This document shows, piece by piece, positions 25,330 through 38,563 of a stretch of 64,000 bases of DNA. Source of the DNA: Dicyema japonicum (Eukaryota; Animalia; Dicyemida); the NCBI GenBank assembly GCA_011109175.1, contig RDEW01000108.1:1-64000 (forward strand). The letters are read 5' to 3'. The notes under the pieces were generated by a model that ran no database searches, was not told where the DNA came from, and saw only the letters and a program-made list of their open reading frames with translations. Every line of letters starts with the position of its first letter. Within the stretch, counting starts at the first letter, position 1. A program made the position numbers and the translations under genes.

Positions 25330-26160
25330 AATCCTTACATTTCACCTAACCATGGGATCCTCATATTCTTTGATAACTTGGGTTTTTTGGTAACCATTTC
25401 TTTTTGGGCGACCTAAATGCAATAAATCCATTGTGGCTCAAGATCTCGAATAAATCTGGAATATTCATTGAAGATAATCTGGACAAATAATTCATTCTAA
25501 TCACCCAAAAAAGTCACACCAAAAGCCCGAACAAGAAATGCACACTTCTACCTCTACAGACATCACTCTGCTAATATAATGATGCAACATGGAAGTCTAT
25601 ATGTCCTTCATTCAGAGAATAGTCCGATTCTGATCGAGTAAAGACTTCTTCGGCTAATTGGACTATCTACCCTAGAATATTAAATGAGCTAAATTCGAAA
25701 AATCAACAAGTAAATGAAAGGAGTTCATTTCATCCATAGAACACAAAACTGAAAATAAAATTTATGGATGACTAGCATATCTCTACATAGACCTGCATTA
25801 ACGGGGCACTTAAAAAGGTAGAAAAACAATCAATCAAATAACCTCATTATGCAAAAATCATTTACCTTGTATATAAAAAAACAAAAAGCAAAATCAATTC
25901 TCTAAATAATCAAAATCGAATAATGTGTCTAAATTCTTCTGAAAACGTTATTTTGTTAACTAAAAATTATTTTCCTCGAAGGAAAATAACATCTAGATCT
26001 ACCGTCTAAATCTTTGAAATATTTATACTTTGACTAATATCTTCAGTTAACACCAAACAAAATCACGTCACAAATGCATGAAAGAGGCTAGAATTATTCC
26101 CGTATGAAAACAAACAAACCCGGAAACAGACCAACCAGGTATATACAAATATCTCTTCCC
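25330..26160 (+). mobile_element. Highly degenerate APE-type LINE fragment
   Basis: GDLNAINPLW and TDITL motifs; ARIIPV.KTNKP near 26090. Confidence 0.55.
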
Positions 26161-26298
26161 CCTATTATTTATAAAATAATAAAAAATCATCAACGGGTTC
26201 CTTGTTCTTTCCTTTCAGTTATACAGTAGGCTTTCGGAAATTCCGTTCCACATTGAGTTTCTGTATATTCAAATGAGATAATTGGAAAATAAAGTTTT

Positions 26299-27400
26299 TT
26301 GTTAAGAAAGCATTATATGACAATAAATAGCTTTCTTTGTTCTGTTAGCTCGATTATTTTTCCTAATTTGATAAGCAATATATTTATGTTAGCTATGAAT
26401 GAAATAAAATCTAAAACTTTATATCAACTGTCACCAAAACGTATTGTGAGAAAGTATGAGAATAAAGTCATCTTTAAAGCAGCAAACAAAAAATCGATTC
26501 AAGGGAATCCAATAAACACTAAAATTACATCACCATAAATACATTGCGACATCAAGGTAATAATTGCATTCCAGGGTATCTTATAAGAGAGATTGGAACG
26601 AATCAATAGATAACAGTAATTTACTAATGTTGTGGCATCAAAAAAGAGTTGATGAGATCAAATCCAGCGAGGAGGTAAGCTTCATTGAATTGATAATTTC
26701 TGTCCAACCCTACTGCCGTTCTTGGATTATCGCATGAAACCAGAACATCATAAAGTAGTCTGATTCGTTCGATTGGAAGTTAATTTTATTAAATTCTCAA
26801 TTCCCAATCACTTCTTTGTATTATTTGTAATATTTCTTTAAATCTTCTCATTGAGTAATGAGCATTACATTATTATCATTTTCAATGTTTTCATGAGATA
26901 TTATTCGATATCTTTAATTTAAAACATTTCAACCTTGCTTATTGAACTTATCGCTTATTCTTGTTCCTCAATGGAAAATGTCTTTTCATCTTCATTTGTG
27001 ATGAAGACATAGGCCAAAAATGGTGCAGTGACAAGTCTAACTTGTTATCTTGGAAGATTTAATATACAAGTTAAGTTAAAGATATTTGCGGACTTCTATG
27101 ATCATGGTGTCTGCACCAAAAAATCAAAATATTCTGAAGTCTCGATAAACAAAAACGGATAACTGAAATTGGAAGCTTACACGATGGTTCTTTCTGAAAA
27201 ATTCTCTAATTCAGTGGCGAATACTTGGAAAAAATATTTCCCAGTCTGACTGATGGAACTTAATAAAACACTAGACACCTGCGCACATGGTCTAGCTCCT
27301 GTTGAGGGCCTGTTGCGAGCTTGGACTATTTGACAAACGACGCTAAGTCTCTTTTGGGACCTCCACAACCCGGATATGTGCACTTATTAAAGCTCAATGT
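26299..27400 (+). CDS. Possible unidentified protein-coding region with micro-introns
   Basis: Several open stretches and a candidate 19-nt GT-AG intron (gtaaataattgcattccag, ~26557-26575). No recognisable domain. Confidence 0.25.
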
Positions 27401-27829
27401 TGTATGTATATATGTGAAACAATAACTCAGGTGTCTAGTTTTGATTCAAATTGCTTAGGAGACTTGAAATAAGTATTTTATTATTGCATTTCGTTAAAAT
27501 AAGGATTAAATAAACAGTTTAAAAAATCAAGTTTTGATTTTTTACCCACGTGGATAGTCTCCTATTGTCCCCATCTCCGGGTCTCTGGGATCTTGTATAA
27601 GTGCCTAGAAATGGTTAAAGTTGAAAGTTTTTGAAATTATCATTTAAGGTCAAGCCACTTGACAGGAATGATATTGATCGAAATTATAAGACACTCAAAG
27701 TCTTCATATCTAGTTCACTCACTTTTTCGGAATTGTATTTAATTGTTCAAAACTTTTTTTACAATTAAAATTTCTAATTTATCCGGGGGTTATTTTGCCA
27801 CATACAACACTGAGCTTTAATAAATATAT

Positions 27830-28078
27830 AAAATAAAATTTATTCCAAAGACCAAGGGTAACCAAACTAACTAACTCCTTAATCCTGACACGTTCCAGCG
27901 TTCCAGAACATGTCTCTCGGAAACGAAATTGTCCCCGAAGAATACGTGGATCCTTTCCTGATGTCGGCCAGACATTGGGCGTCTCCTCAGTAAGGTGGAT
28001 CCAATTACAGCATCGAAGGAAAGGAAAATAATTATTGACCAACTAGCCACATAGCACCACATGGTGCCACGTGGCTAA
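27830..28078 (-). mobile_element. SINE-like element family A2
   Basis: Head GCCACGTGGCACCATGTGGTGCTATGTGGCTAGTTGG, core ~27948-28012, A2 tail. Confidence 0.85.
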
Positions 28079-28289
28079 ATTTTTAATATTTATATAGAAT
28101 ATAGATATTACAGAAATATCAGTGGTTATTAAAAATATTATGAGAAACCTCTAAAGTTATCAGTTCTACTTAGTAATCTAAGGTTCAGTGGAATAATACC
28201 CTTTCATAGAGAGGGTAGTAATGGTTCCACTAGTAAACGTGCAGGTCACAAACTTTATTTTTAGAGGAGAAGAAATTTTTAATTAATTA

Positions 28290-28740
28290 TTAGTAGGAAG
28301 GGAACTAGGCATCAAAAATGTTATTAACCTCTATTTGCAAACACTTTGGACCTCAGGTACGGGCCATATTATTAGACTGTACAAAGATCTCTCAACTACC
28401 ATACGCTACCTAATATATGGAAGAACTCCCTGATTACGCCAATTCTAAAGCCTGGAAAAACAATTTATCCGACCAACGATGACGTATGCAAGTCCTTCAT
28501 GGGCAATGCAAATGTCACGATCTTCCTTATTGAAATTATCTGCAATCGAGGAGACTGCAATAAAGTTAATTGGACCAGATCACAATATCCAACCCATTGA
28601 AAACTTTTTAATCGAACTACAACGGAAACTATTAAAGGAGGCTGTTCTACCGAGCTGCCCTCTATTCCAAATACTGTCACATGGGCCAAGCGATACCTAT
28701 GGGCTGCCTGTTACATTAACCTTGAACCAAGTTTAACTTC
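28290..28740 (+). mobile_element. LINE 3' fragment (L2/Jockey-like, clade uncertain)
   Basis: FIRPTMTYASPSW...LSAIEETAIKLI. Its 3' end matches a short minus-strand copy at ~29930-29990. Confidence 0.6.
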
Positions 28741-28949
28741 AATTAATTTTATAAATGATTTATTAACCACAAAAAATTAAATTTAAGTAACTTTATTCAG
28801 TCTACTCATTAATACAGTCGATATGTCTCCTTTCAAATTTTTTATCTATCAAATTTAATCTGTTCGCATTCGGACAGAAATTATCTGATTGGGAATTATC
28901 TAGATATAAATTTTGTAAATCAAACTACGTTAATTTTCAATAGATTCTG

Positions 28950-29600
28950 GTGTCAAACAATTAACCAAATCGTCAATTTGTTCTGGAATCGCACATAACC
29001 ATGAATTATTGAATTTATTCCCTTAATTCCTCGATATCCTTCGAAAGGACTTTCGTTAGAAAATGAATGGACCGATATGTTATAACTGTAGACACCACTT
29101 TCTAATTTATCAAGCCACTTTTTTTCACTGTTATCCAGCATTTTTGACAACTTCCTCGCGATCGTCTGATTAAATCTTTTGACAATTCCTTGTGCTCGTG
29201 GATTGTTAGGCCTTCCGTGAATTGGCTTAATGTTAAAAGCTTCGCAAAGTTTTGTTATTTATTGATTTTTAAATTCAGAACCATTGTCCGACTGAAGAAA
29301 TTTACATGGCCCATTCAAGCGGAACAAAGATCTTAAGTTTTCACATACTTCTTTACCAGACTTATTATAGAGTGGTCGTACAAAAGCGAATCTATAAATT
29401 AAAAAAAACAGCCTACTATATATGTCAATGACCGTTAAAATCCATTTGAAATTTTCATTTAATGTTGAAAATTTTTTCAGGTCTATTAGATCTACCTGAA
29501 AACGTTCATTTGGAGAAGCAAACACATGGTGATTTATATTTCCAATTTCAGTTGATTTAAGATACATTCTAAAATTATTGCAAATTTACAATACATGTCA
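28950..29600 (-). mobile_element. Ginger/KRBA2-like DDE integrase fragment with a micro-intron
   Basis: ERFQVDLID...WILTVIDIYSR-FAFVRPL...LQSDNGSEF...HGRPNNPRAQGIVKRFNQTI...W...YSYNISVHS. No RT or gag nearby. Confidence 0.75.
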
Positions 29601-30133
29601 TTGATAATAGAAAAATTCTCTATCTTTTTTAAAAGCCTATATTTTCTGTGCCTCGGAAGATTTTCGGGAAATTTATCATGCAAAGCATTTTTTAAAGTTT
29701 GTTATTCAACGCAATCTTTCACAAAACCCTTGTAAGAAGCCATTCCAACAAAATAATCTTCCATGCTATAAATCACGCTAGAAATCTAGGTTTACCGCTA
29801 TAAAAAATAAAATCTTTATAATCATAACATTTATGAATAAAAAACTAATTTAACAGGATTAAATCACGATATAAATCGGATATACAAAATTAAATGTCGG
29901 ATAATCAAAAGACCTTTTCAAGGTCGAAAAAATGTAACAGGCTGCCCATGAGTTACGCGCCACCCATGTGACATACTATCGAATTATCTACAATCATACA
30001 AAATTTTAACCCGATGCCATGTCCAATGAGAAGAGCTGTCCAGGATTCTCGACCCCGCCGGACTCGTCCTCACCTTTGTCGGTCTTGGATCACTTAGTTA
30101 GATGAGAACTTTTATTTCTTTCTCTTTGACCCA

Positions 30134-31315
30134 GTGATCCTGGGGGTAATAATAATAATAAAGCCTGGAAAACCAAAAGACGTTCTCTCTTCTTACCGCC
30201 CCGTCTCAATAACTTGTTTATCGAAAATGTTGGAAAAGCTTGCATTAATGTGTATCTCTCCTGTTCTACATCTATCAGAATTTCAACATGGATTCAGGGC
30301 AGACCGTTCTACAACGACTCGATTGGGTTCTATCTCTCAGTTTATTACTGACAGCTTCAACATGAGAACACACTTACGGATGGCCTTAGAATCAATCGAC
30401 ATACAGAAGGCCTTTGATTCTGTTCCGAAAAAACTCTTAACGCATAAGATTTTTAATTCGAAATACATCCGAACATCAAGCTATGGCTGGAAAATTTCTT
30501 AACTGGGCGACGCGGAAAGGTCCGGATTGACAAAACCACTTCAAAATCAAGATTACTCCTCCTTTTCAACCTATTTTTACATAATTTACCTACTACCAAT
30601 GACCAGGACACTATGTTTTTATCCTATGCGGACGACCTAATTATCGCTCCAAGAGATAAATCTCCTTCAGTGGCTGTAGCAATTGTTCAGTCACACCTAA
30701 ACCGGGTATGTGACTGGCTATCTGCAAATATGTTATGTGTGTCAGCACATAAATCCCAGTTCACCATTTTTACTACTGATCGAAGATTTAAGGATAAACT
30801 CGAACTGCTCTTTGGAGATACTTCATCCTTTCTACGCGTACGTAGTTTTCGACTATCTAATGATGTTCTCGAGTCACGTGGAGGAGGTGCTTGCCAAGTG
30901 TCTTCGGAAATAAAACATTTTAAAAGCGATCATAAATGAGAGCCTCTTCCCCCTGCTGCTTGCGTAAACAAGGTCTACCAACAAGTCATTGTTCCTACTT
31001 TATTGGCGGCCTCTTTCTGAGGAGGCGACGTTGAGGAATGGCCAGGGCTTCCTATGTTTTTGCAAGGAACTGAGAAACCCATTAAAGGAAAAAGTGGCCC
31101 ATGCAGAGGAATTTCGGTCGATTATAAAAAAGTGCACGATGATTGAATTCTTATGCAGAAGGAAAAGAAATCGCTTCCGGAATGCGGTTGGGTCATCAGA
31201 ATACCAGGCGAAGAGAATTCGGATGTTTTTGGAGGCTGGGATCACCTAATTAGTCAGTTTTGACCTATTTTTCTTGGTGGTTTTGGAGTTAAATAAATAA
31301 ATTAAATTAAATAAA
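30134..31315 (+). mobile_element. Vingi-like LINE (family D) RT and C-terminus, 5'-truncated
   Basis: YRPVSIT, QHGFRADRSTT, DIQKAFDSV, YADDL; ends LEAGIT* plus 3' UTR. Confidence 0.85.
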
Positions 31316-31599
31316 TTAAAAAATCGCACCTCGTTGAGAAAAACTGCATGTCTACAAGGCTAGCCATGTTTCTCATATGCATGCGCCTCGTGGAGACCGT
31401 CCATATCATGGACAAATAAGAGACAAATTGAGGAAATACATAAAAGGGCTTATTTTAATATCAAGAAGCCAAAAAATGATTCCAAATGAATATTATCACT
31501 GATTATAAAATCTACTCTTATCGTAATCGAGTTGAGATTCCACACTAAAATAACCCAAAGTACTACTTTTAGTATAAACACTTAATCGATTTAAAGGCG

Positions 31600-32190
31600 T
31601 CACAATAAATAAAGCATTGAAGGCAATACGAACAGCATCACTGGTAGTTATGGGTGGGGATTTAGTAAGTCTATAAGTGATATGAATATATTACGGGGAG
31701 GATATCTTATCCATAATCATTTTCTGAGAAGGTCCAATACAACATATGCTGTCTATGAATATATTCGCTTTGTCGTCTAATTTGATCATTTTAGAGAAGC
31801 CCGCTTCAAGTCCGACAATTATGACATCCTGGAATATAAAAATTCAACACCGTGCATTGTGATCGACTGACCATGTACGCTCTAAATTTGTTGGTAAAGT
31901 TGGTTATTGATATGTTGTATCGATATCGTTGAAAATATTGACTATTATTTATAATAACGTGAACTGGGCATAATTTACTGATATGTTGTATAACTCTATA
32001 ATTTCATGTGCTATTCCGACCATTCCAACGGCGAAAGACAGTGTGATTTGATATATTCTATAGCAAAGTTCGTCGCCATCAAAAAATCATTAAAAGGTTC
32101 ATTGAGGAACATCATTTTCCATGACAGAATTAAAGGCAATTATCACTGAATTTGAATACTGAAATGCTACTATTGCATTAGTCATCATTT
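31600..32190 (-). pseudogene. Possible divergent proteasome beta-type subunit (disrupted frame)
   Basis: MTNAIVAFQYSNSVIIAF, IYQIT.SFAVGMVGIAHE, VIIVGLE and ITTSDAVRIAFNAL follow the order of Ntn-fold proteasome beta segments. Several stops present. Confidence 0.4.
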
Positions 32191-32394
32191 GTAATTATTA
32201 TTCAATCATTTTTTTAATTTAGTTACATGGTTTTCCGAATTATTTTAATGAAATCATGAAATTTGATTTAAAAAATATAAAATTTGTTTTTTTAGATACT
32301 CTCATTTTAATAATTTTATTATATTCTACTTTAAATTCTATATTTTTGTAATATTTTGGAATTTCAGCACTGCGACAAAATTTAAATCAATATT

Positions 32395-33960
32395 TCTTAG
32401 TGGCTAATCGGCGTACAGTAAGCTGGGGACATTGTTCTTGTGCTCTATATGTCTCATCATAACATAACCACAACATAACATTTTTTTATTAGAGACCAAG
32501 ACAAAGCGATAGTCATGGGGGATTACGCTATTAAAAATCATGCTGTGAGTCCTGGATTCTTTCGCAGTTTTACCCTCTTTAGCTTTACAGTATCTTCTGA
32601 ATGAACGTGTCATCCACTTTGTCTTCAGAAGAAAACCCTCAATCCGTTCTACTACCACGTTTCTTACTGTTTGATCAGGGTTTCCTCCTCATCTAGTGGT
32701 TCCTCACCCTATTTATGAAGGGCCACTTGATTGCCATCCTCCTCGTCTCGTCCAAAAGATTGATTATTCTTTCTCTTTTGGCGAAAAATACCATCCTTCA
32801 CATCCGTAGACGAGAGAGGGTAGAATAATTCTTTCAGAAATAAAGATAAACGTCTCCTTCAAATGAGTTTTTTAGAACAGAAATGCTTGGTAAGCTTTTT
32901 CATTTTGACACTTCAACAGAATCTCTTCTATATCCAAAGCAGACACTCAAATAACGCAAATGATCAACATTTCCGATACCACTCAGAGTGACTCCTGTAG
33001 AAAAAACTTTCTATAGAGTGAAATACGCATGGCTTTTGACTTTTCCATTGAGAAACTTAAGTCATGGGATTCACTCTACCAGAGAATAGCTTTCAAAAAT
33101 TCGTGTAATATTCCTCACACACCATCGGACTTTCGAGATGTTTGATATCAGTACGTCATCCGCGTAAATAATCACATTAGTTCTAGGATTCCTGGTAGCC
33201 GGAAAATCTCTTATAAATATATTAAATAGCAGAGGAACTCAAGACTGAGCTTGTGCACTCCCTCTTCTTAACAATCTCTTCGGAAGTAAATCCTCCACAT
33301 CTCACAAATGATCTTCTCCCTGTCAGAAGATTTCTTAACCAATCAAGTAAAAGTTTTGAATGATAAAACAGTGTGTCATGCCAAACATTATCGAAGGCCT
33401 TCGATATATCCAGACAGACGACACTCAGCTGATATTTGAAATTCCTGGTTCTCAATATCAGAGTTCAAGATGAAAAAACAATCTCCACATGATTTCCCTA
33501 GACGAAAACATTGTTTTGCTGAGAAAATTCCGTGATTTGATATACGTGTAAGTCTTTTATAAATCAGCCTCTACGTGATATTTGAAATTGAGTTTATTAG
33601 ACTAATAGGGATCCGTCTCGATTTTCCTTTTGGGATCATCCGAATAATGGAATCCTTCCAAGCTTGATACATATCCCATTGTGACTTGCTCCAAATAAGT
33701 AACAGAGGACCTCAAAAAGGCAATCCGGACCCTCCTTGAATAACTTAAGGCGTATCTCGTCCATTCCAGGAGCTTTATCTCTCACTCATAATATTTGTTT
33801 TATCCTTCTTAGTAATTATTCCATGCGCATGTCCCAAAATGTTCTTCCTGAATTTTCATACTTGAAAGAGATTCTTCGGTCACTAGATCCTTTGGATAAA
33901 TCCCTTGAATACTCTTTAGCATCTCCCGAAAGGGATTAGAAACATCCGCCTTGGTGACAA
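32395..33960 (-). mobile_element. Jockey/I-group LINE family C, RT and 3' part (degenerate)
   Basis: KAPGMDEI, CLDISKAFDNVWHD and IYADDVL motifs. Confidence 0.8.
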
Positions 33961-34569
33961 CATTGCCATTGGATTTCTTCAAATTGCTGAATTAACAGAG
34001 TCAGACGGTAATACAGCCCCAAACATATAGTAAAGGATTTTTGTCTATAATTTTACAAAAGGTGATTACAAATTTGATTTTCCTCGAGTAGACTTAAATT
34101 CTCCTTATTATAAAATTATGAATAAAAAGATGGGAGTGCATCGACAAAGTATGAATTTAACATTGGAGTATTGTATTCAATTTATTAATACTTAAAAGGT
34201 TCGTATTCAGAAGGACTATGGAACTAATCCTTCACTACGTCTGCAAAGGTTTGAGCATCCCTACGGAGATGCTGTCACTAATGTTGCAGAATTGTCCCAC
34301 AATTTTGTCAATGTTAAAGATAGTGAGGGAATTGTGAAGAAGGTTCATCCATTAATGTTTCTCTCCCACATATCCGGGCAATTCTCAAAAACTCGGAAGA
34401 ACTTGGCATTTTCTATGAGACACTCTCAGGGATCGTCGCATCTCTTGTATAAAAGAGATGAAATGCGGAGAAAGTTTTATTAGGGCATACTATTGCCACA
34501 AGTTTGACTTATTTTCTGTATTAAAAAATTTTGGACTAAAACATGACACAAACTTGTCGATGGGGAAGG

Positions 34570-34850
34570 GCTCTTCTTTACAATTACTTCAACACGTTCA
34601 ATTAAGATATACCCAGTTCTCAAGAGCGGAGTAGGACGCATCCTTCTCTAAACATCCATATCCACCATTGTTGGAACACCTACAGTGGAGCAGAGAAGAA
34701 TTCTTTTTAAATGCTGGTCAGGCACTCCCGACTCAAGTGGATCCCATGACGCCTCTTAGGATTTGAAGAAAGCAAAGAGCATAAATCCAGATGTGGGAAT
34801 CAAACTGACACCACTTAATTTACTTAAAAACCAAAAATCGCCACTACTTT
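34570..34850 (-). mobile_element. Divergent family A element with B-box-like head
   Basis: Sense strand reads TGGCGATTTTTGG...AGTTTGATTCCCAC, then GGCGTCATGGGATCCAC (core start) and GAACTGGGTATATCTTAATT (A1-like tail). Confidence 0.6.
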
Positions 34851-34959
34851 AGAAGGAAACGCCCACTAGGTGACTCTAACTTATTAGTGACCTTTCAGCT
34901 TTTCTCGATGTTCTCCCACACTAACCATCGACTAAAAATATTATTTTATAAAAGCCAAT

Positions 34960-36655
34960 ATTAATTTATAAAGTCAAAATTAATATAATTTGTGTGCCTT
35001 TTTTTATGATAAATTTATGCTTAGTTAGGATTTTTGGATCTAAAGCATTGATCAAAGTTACAAGATCCCTGAAATAACAAAACTGATTACCAATTTGGGA
35101 GTAATTGGAGGTGGAATACTTTTACTTTTAAGATCATCCCAATTTAAATCGAAAAAATCAATTTAAAAATTTCATGTTCATATCCCATGCACCCCATCCT
35201 TTTTTCAGGATTCCTGACTATAAACTTTACTAATATTTCCTTGGCTTGACTGCTGAGTTTTTGGTATTATGATTTTCTGGTGCATAATGTTGGAGATAGT
35301 TCCTCCTCATATCACCGTCAAATGGAGCTGTCCCACCAAAATTCGTATGCGAGAACTCCGAATTCCCATAGTCGACGGAAAGTCATAAGGCTGTCTGATA
35401 AGTGTCTGCATAACACCAAATGTGGTACCTCGGGAGAAATGTAGTCTGGAGTCCACAAAATGTAGTTTTCACTCCCAGCATCCTTCTTGGACATCCAAAG
35501 TCAACTAACTTAACATATCCTTCACTGTCCATCATCAAATTCTCTAGTTTCAGATCCCTGAATAAATATTCACGAAAACCTGTTAATTATGTTCATTTTG
35601 TGAAGAAATACAGGACCTATTACGACCTGCCCCAAATAGAAAACCGCCATAGTTTCCGTAAAAACACCACGTTTTTGAAAGTAGAACATCATGTCACCAC
35701 CAGAATAATATCCATCATTAAAAAGCACATCCCTATATTATGCTCATATTAGAGTACTTTGTCTTGAAAGGAACATACTAACCTTCCAAGGAAGGTACAC
35801 TCATTCCCCAACAGTAAACAGTCCCTTTCAGCAATGAGGACTCGTAGTCTTCGTTCTCATCAATTATGTGCTTCTTTATAGCTTTAATAGCCACTTGGCT
35901 TTCGGACGCTTTCTTTGTACCCAAAAAGACCTTCCCGAAACTCCTCTCTTCAAGAACCTACCCTTAGAACTACGAGTACTAATTTCAAATCAAAATTATC
36001 CAAAGTTATAACATTGGAGGGGGAAACAACGTTGGACATCTAAAACCATTAGAACGTGTTGTACAGATTTCCTAATAGTGCTTACGTCGGTCGATAGTCC
36101 TATTATTCTCATGGTTTGCGCTAGATATTTCACGCTTATTCCGCAGTGATTGGGGATGTACTCTGCAACTTTTGTGAATGTTCATTTTACAATCTAAGAT
36201 CATATTTTCAGTTACTTGTGTCGGAGTCCTTGCTTAAATAATCCATAAAGAAGAGATCTACAATGTTTGCACGTGGTTGTGGTCTTATAGTTATATATTT
36301 CAAAATTGTGGGTACGTCTTTTTAATCCATTGCCAATAGGACTCTTAAATCAATATTCCATAATACTGCCTGAGAACAGCTAACCACGCTAATTGGTAAC
36401 ATTTGCATGAGTGACCATTGCACAGACTAAGATAATACAATTTTACTACATTGGCATTGATATCCTGTTTTTTGGTTATTCCCTTTAAATAATCACAATC
36501 ATTGCCATATAAATTCCTTGCACACTGAACAGAATGTAGGCTGTCGGAAGTATGTCATCATGAATCTGTGGTTGTTGAAAAACATAACTTTCCGTTTAAA
36601 TGCCCGTCCAATGGTAAAGCCTTTCCTTTTTACTGATGCCGTGGTATTTTTATCG
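34960..36655 (-). CDS. Novel-type protein kinase C (epsilon/eta-like): C1A, C1B, kinase and AGC tail; N-terminal C2 not seen
   Basis: [23 protein letters not shown] (C1A), [10 protein letters not shown]...[15 protein letters not shown] (C1B), [34 protein letters not shown](G)[13 protein letters not shown]. Seven GT-AG introns of 22-25 nt, one possible GC-AG intron, and many one-base deletions. Confidence 0.85.
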
Positions 36656-37329
36656 ACCAAGAGTGGGTCGTAAGTTACGCCCAGTATCTTGACCGAGTTG
36701 GTCGTGGGGAATGAGTTTCCATTTATGGTTACACATGGAGCGGAGTTTGTCAATCTTCTGTTGTGAAAATTGTTGTAATACATTATAATTATGCGTATTC
36801 AGAATATTTATGACCGCAATTAATCGTTTAGTTAAGTATATATTATTTTATTTTTTATTTCAATAAATTTATACATCTTTATTCCCCCCATTATGACTCA
36901 TTCAGCGCTGGCGACTACTTGGGCACATTCTTCCATGGATATGGTGAGCCATGTAACCTCATTATGGAGGGTTTTTCAATCAAAATGTGACTGGGGACTT
37001 TCGTAGACGGCAGAGAACTACTCTTCCTCTCTGTCTGGGTAATATTATCTCATATTGGTGGGAAATTGAGAAGTGGTTGACCTGATGAACTGCGAAGGCG
37101 AGTGAGGAAGAAAGTTTCATAGAGGAAACTGGTAGAACGGATTGGGAAAAATGCGACACAAGCGGAACTCCAAGTATTCATATGCTTATGGGTAACGTGG
37201 AGTTACTAACTAACTATTCGTGGATTATTGAGATAATATCAGTGCGACGTCATCTCAATGGAAGGAAAATGTCCTTCTCTTGAGGAAGTGAGGAGTTGAG
37301 GTTCTTTTGTCGTTATGAAATGAACAAAT

Positions 37330-37900
37330 TTCAATATGGGCGTGGCAATGAATACACGTCATTTGGTTCTTACAGAGGAGTCCTTCATAAAGTATTGAAG
37401 ATGAGACTTAAAAAAGTAATTTGCTCTGTCACCATGTTCAAATAGCTGCGATCTTCTCGGCATATGACCAAAAGATTGATAGTCTCCACGAGGCTCTGTA
37501 TAAGAAATGCATGGCTCGATGTAGTGCTTGGTTTCTGATTCCAATCTCTAATATTCTTGAGAGACATTTCAGTAGATTGATCTCACATTTACACTTTAAC
37601 GTATAAGGAAAAGCACATGTGCATGCCAAAAGTTACCATCAAAAATTTTTTAGATTTGTTGTAGGAAATTTTGGCAATTTGATTGTCTGTAACCGTCTCT
37701 TGTCTGAAGTGAGGAAAGTTGTAACAGATTTTTCGGTAGATCAATTCGGTCCAGGTATTGTTGCATTTTCCATGCGGCATTCTGTATGTCCCCATCGCAT
37801 TAGACCATGACCCATGTCATAAGTTAGTATAATATTATTTCATCGGTATAAAAAGGTCGGCCAGAAATAAGCCGAATAAAGACCCTTTTGGGGACACTAT
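37330..37900 (-). CDS. Unidentified coding region, weakly resembling DUF2431/BMT5-type methyltransferase
   Basis: ICYNFPHF recalls the NFPH motif and HG.NAT recalls HGVDAT. The frame is disrupted and the assignment is by memory only. Confidence 0.25.
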
Positions 37901-38154
37901 TAAATAAAAGACACAAGTTGAATCTACAACAATTCTCGATTGGAAGATATTCTGCTTAATATTGTTTCTTGACAGCGAATCAAAAATCTTAACTTTCAAT
38001 TGAACCGGAAAAAACACTTCATATCCAGAATAAAAAAATCATGTTATCCCGGCCTCCCTCAGCAATTGGACTTGAAGGAAATATCGTAAATGGAGAACTT
38101 ATCTGTATGGTTGTTTACTAATGGTCCTTTTGGGATATGATTTAGTATTATTTA

Positions 38155-38285
38155 TGGTGCCACCAGAGATGGTGAACCACATGATGCACGCTAACAATTT
38201 AAGCTCCCTGGTGACAAAAGGGACAAGGAAGAACAGAATAGACAATCTTCAATTCAGGTAGCCACACAGCACCACACTAACTTTG
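38155..38285 (-). mobile_element. Family A variant: head, pyrimidine tract and 5' half of the core
   Basis: GTGTGGTGCTGTGTGGCT head; TTAGCGTGCATCATGTGGTTCACCATCTCTGGTGGCACC. The upstream flank resembles the LINE 5' end at 3800-3830. Confidence 0.6.
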
Positions 38286-38324
38286 GAGCCACCGGTGTTT
38301 TTTTGGTTCAATCAATTTAAAAAA

Positions 38325-38563
38325 ATAAATTAAAATTATTCCAAAAGGGTAACCAAACTAACTAAATCGTTGAACCTGACTCGTTCCTGCATTCCAGAAC
38401 TTGTCTCCAGGTAAAGACATTGTCACCAGGGAACAAATAGCTGATCCTCTTGATGCCAGCAAGGCATTGGGCGTCTCCCCAGTTAGGTATATCCAATGAC
38501 ACCATAGGAAGGAAAATAGTTTTGACCAACTAGCCACATATAACTATATGGCGCCACTTGGCT
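38325..38563 (-). mobile_element. SINE-like element family A2
   Basis: Core 38442-38503 (P4 ATGCC/GGCAT), A2 tail and head. Confidence 0.85.

Noticed and set aside
29930-29990. TGTAACA as a Ginger TIR
   Set aside because: The segment is the reverse complement of the LINE 3' end at ~28675-28725, and no matching TIR lies on the other side.
31238-31250. GGATCACCT resembling the 16S rRNA 3' end
   Set aside because: It is the G-I-T-stop end of LINE ORF2 and no other rRNA sequence is present.
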